Of a stretch of 64,000 nucleotides of DNA, positions 62,225-64,000 are shown piece after piece. The notes beneath the pieces are model-generated. The model saw only the letters and a list, made by a program, of their open reading frames with translations. It was not told where the DNA came from and ran no database searches. The translations under genes and the position numbers were made by a program. Source of the DNA: an uncultured Acidobacteriaceae bacterium (lineage in GTDB: Bacteria; Acidobacteriota; Terriglobia; Terriglobales; Acidobacteriaceae); assembly GCA_963790935.1 (NCBI GenBank), contig CAWBRJ010000001.1:69313-133312 (forward strand). The letters run 5' to 3'. Position 1 is the stretch's first letter. Every line of letters starts with the position of its first letter.

Positions 62225-62587
62225 TTGCTTATGGAATTCGCGGCCCGCCTTCAAGATTTTGCGCGTAGGATCCGATCGTCGCTGATCGGCCGTCCTCCCG
62301 CCCCTCGGTCGTCCGAGTGGCCGCGGGTGCGGATGAAGGTATTGCGTCGTGATGGCTATCACTGTCGCGGTTGCGCGCGCCCAGGCGACGAGATCACGCT
62401 CCAGGTATGCCTGGTTCGACTCCATAGTGGGAGACTGTGGGCACTGACGCTTTGCCCGTCTTGCCAGAGACGGGCAACAGAGGTTGAGCCGGGACTGATC
62501 AAAGTTGCCCAAGGGCAGTACCTTCACGGCCGCGTTCCGGCGGAGGTCTGTCTCGAAAGCGTGAGACACTTCTCCCATACCGCCTGA
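62225..62587 (+). CDS. HNH-like zinc-finger protein lacking catalytic residues (paralogue 2); only about 62225-62470 looks genuine
   Basis: EWPRVRMKVLRRDGYHCRGCARPGDEITLQVCLVRL..LTLCPSCQ aligns with paralogue 1. The C-terminal tail of the ORF runs antisense through a kinase remnant. TTG start at 62225 or ATG at 62231. Confidence 0.4.
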   Translation: MLMEFAARLQDFARRIRSSLIGRPPAPRSSEWPRVRMKVLRRDGYHCRGCARPGDEITLQVCLVRLHSGRLWALTLCPSCQRRATEVEPGLIKVAQGQYLHGRVPAEVCLESVRHFSHTA

Positions 62588-62611
62588 TCCCAGCGGCTCG
62601 ACAATCTCGTA
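62483..62611 (-). pseudogene. N-terminal remnant (about 43 codons) of a Ser/Thr protein kinase
   Basis: Within ORF 62141..62740: YEIVEPLGSGGMGEVSHAFETDLRRNAAVKVLPLGNFDQSRLN. This is the glycine-rich loop plus the VAxK-type lysine strand of Hanks kinases. Kinase similarity stops after it. Confidence 0.5.
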
Positions 62612-62660
62612 AACTGAATCTTCACAAGGCTCTAACAGCACCGTGAGAAAAACAAAGAGT

Positions 62661-64000
62661 ATGCGGACTCGACGTGACTTTCTCAAACTGGCCGCGATGT
62701 TGTCCGGCGCGGCCGGCATCCCGGAGCTGATTCCATCCATTCAGCGTGCGCACGCAATTGAACCGGCGGCTGGCTCGACCTACCTTGACGCGGAACATAT
62801 CGTGATCCTGATGCAGGAGAACCGTTCGTTCGACCATGCGTTTGGCACTCTTCGAGGTGTCCGGGGGTTCAACGACCCGCGCGCCATTCGGCTGACGAAC
62901 GGCAACTCTGTCTTTGTGCAGACCGATGCGTCGGGCAACTCCTACGCTCCATGGCGGCTCGACATCCGTGATACGCGCGTCACCTGGATGGGCGATCTGC
63001 CGCATTCGCGCGACAGCCAGGTCGATGCCTGGAATGAAGGCCGCCATGATGGCTGGCTGGAGGCCAAGCGTTCCGGAACGAAGGAATACGCGCACCTGCC
63101 GCTCACCATGGGCCACTACACCCGGGAAGATCTGCCGTTCTATTACGCCCTGGCGGACGCATTCACCGTTTGCGATCAGAATTACTGCTCCGTGATGACC
63201 AGCACCTCGCCCAACCGCAGCTACTTCTGGACCGGGACCATACGCGACCAACAGCGCGTGGACTCGAAGGTCTATATGCGCAATGAGGAAATTGACTACG
63301 GGGGAATGAGTTGGAAGACCTTTCCAGAGCGCCTGCAAGATGCTGGAATCAGCTGGAAGGCTTACCAGAATGAACTGACTCGCTCTGGACTTGCCGGCGA
63401 AGAGGACGCATGGCTATCGAACTTCGGGGACAACGTCCTGGAATGTTTCGCCGCCTACAATGTCGAGGCATACCCAGGATATATTCCGGCTGCGGAGCGA
63501 TGGATTTCTGACCTTTCGGATCGTGCAGCGAAGCTCCATTCGGAAATCTCTGCGGAAAAAGATCCTGCGGCAGTGGCCAAGCTTCGCGCACGGTTGGACC
63601 AGATGCAAAGCCAGATTGAAGCTGTGAAGGCATCGAAAGCCAAAGGCGGCGAAGCGAGATACAGCCAGCTCTCTGAGCAGCAGAAAGCACTGCATCATGC
63701 GGCATTCGTCACCAATGCCGGCGATCCTGGTTACCACGCACTCGATTCACTGTCTTTCGAATCGGACGGTAAATCGCAAAGCATGAAGGTTCCGGCGGGC
63801 GACATCTTCTATCAGTTTCGCAAGGATGTGAACGAGGGCAAGCTGCCCACGGTTTCCTGGCTTTCGGCTCCTGAGAAATTTTCCGATCACCCAACCTCGC
63901 CATGGTATGGAGCCTGGTACATCTCCGAGGTGATGGACATCCTGACGAGCAATCCCGAGGTTTGGAAGAAGACGATTTTCATCCTCACTTACGACGAGAA
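62661..64000 (+). CDS. Phosphocholine-specific phospholipase C (PlcH/PlcN-AcpA family), Tat signal; 5' part, continues beyond the window
   Basis: Absent from the ORF track because it has no stop inside the window. My translation from ATG 62661: MRTRRDFLKLAAMLSGAAG..EHIVILMQENRSFDHAFGTLRGVRGFNDPR..LPFYYALADAFTVCDQNYCSVMTSTSPNRSYFWTGT..LPTVSWLSAPEKFSDHPTSPWYGAWYISEVMDIL..IFILTYDE. It is open for 446 codons. Confidence 0.88.
   Translation, partial: MRTRRDFLKLAAMLSGAAGIPELIPSIQRAHAIEPAAGSTYLDAEHIVILMQENRSFDHAFGTLRGVRGFNDPRAIRLTNGNSVFVQTDASGNSYAPWRLDIRDTRVTWMGDLPHSRDSQVDAWNEGRHDGWLEAKRSGTKEYAHLPLTMGHYTREDLPFYYALADAFTVCDQNYCSVMTSTSPNRSYFWTGTIRDQQRVDSKVYMRNEEIDYGGMSWKTFPERLQDAGISWKAYQNELTRSGLAGEEDAWLSNFGDNVLECFAAYNVEAYPGYIPAAERWISDLSDRAAKLHSEISAEKDPAAVAKLRARLDQMQSQIEAVKASKAKGGEARYSQLSEQQKALHHAAFVTNAGDPGYHALDSLSFESDGKSQSMKVPAGDIFYQFRKDVNEGKLPTVSWLSAPEKFSDHPTSPWYGAWYISEVMDILTSNPEVWKKTIFILTYDE

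Noticed and set aside
62141-62740. 199-aa minus-strand ORF as a real protein kinase gene
   Set aside because: Only about 43 residues (62483-62611) look kinase-like. The upstream part is antisense to the phospholipase C start. The downstream part has no kinase subdomains and runs antisense to the HNH-like ORF.

Overview
GC-rich 64-kb chromosomal segment. The gene content points to Acidobacteriota (Terriglobia-like): an ADOP-type duplicated FtsX permease behind an acidobacterial-type PadR, a CarboxypepD_reg-type TonB-dependent receptor, wHTH-TPR regulators, CRTAC1/ASPIC-UnbV proteins, a PSCyt/DUF1553 + DUF1501 pair, and intergenic REP-like hairpin clusters. This assignment is inference, not a database hit.

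Gene order, left to right:
- PSCyt-DUF1553/DUF1501 module with two Tat-exported enzymes (1-6.5 kb).
- prpBCD methylcitrate operon, divergent from a two-subunit CoA-transferase (7.4-12.3 kb).
- A 121-bp tandem repeat array and an orphan DUF3987 gene (13.2-15.2 kb).
- Regulator, protease and small secreted genes (15.7-21.4 kb).
- MFS transporter, RNB ribonuclease, TonB-dependent receptor and TPR protein (22-30.7 kb).
- Two CRTAC1 paralogues with SCO, GH1 and GH13 genes (31-40 kb).
- An aromatic-catabolic supercluster (41.2-57.3 kb): a monooxygenase/extradiol dioxygenase/FAH trio; a bicupin + esterase + MaoC group; and a complete colinear pcaIJFHGBDC-pobA set with a divergent IclR regulator.
- PadR-ADOP operon, a zone of gene remnants with two degenerate HNH-like ORFs, and the 5' part of a Tat-exported phospholipase C.

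I recognised no rRNA, tRNA, CRISPR array, transposase or integrase. I see no convincing novel defence or mobile system.

The most unusual observations:
- About 13 frameshifts interrupt 11 otherwise well-conserved genes; this is probably assembly indel error and needs read-level checking.
- The 121-bp tandem array lies next to a duplicated 3' end of the DUF3987 gene.
- Several intergenic repeat families are present, including one that brackets a single gene.
- The GH1 gene lacks the acid/base glutamate.
- A twin pair of catalytically degenerate HNH-like ORFs.
- A possible flavonol-to-protocatechuate funnel; this is inference only.
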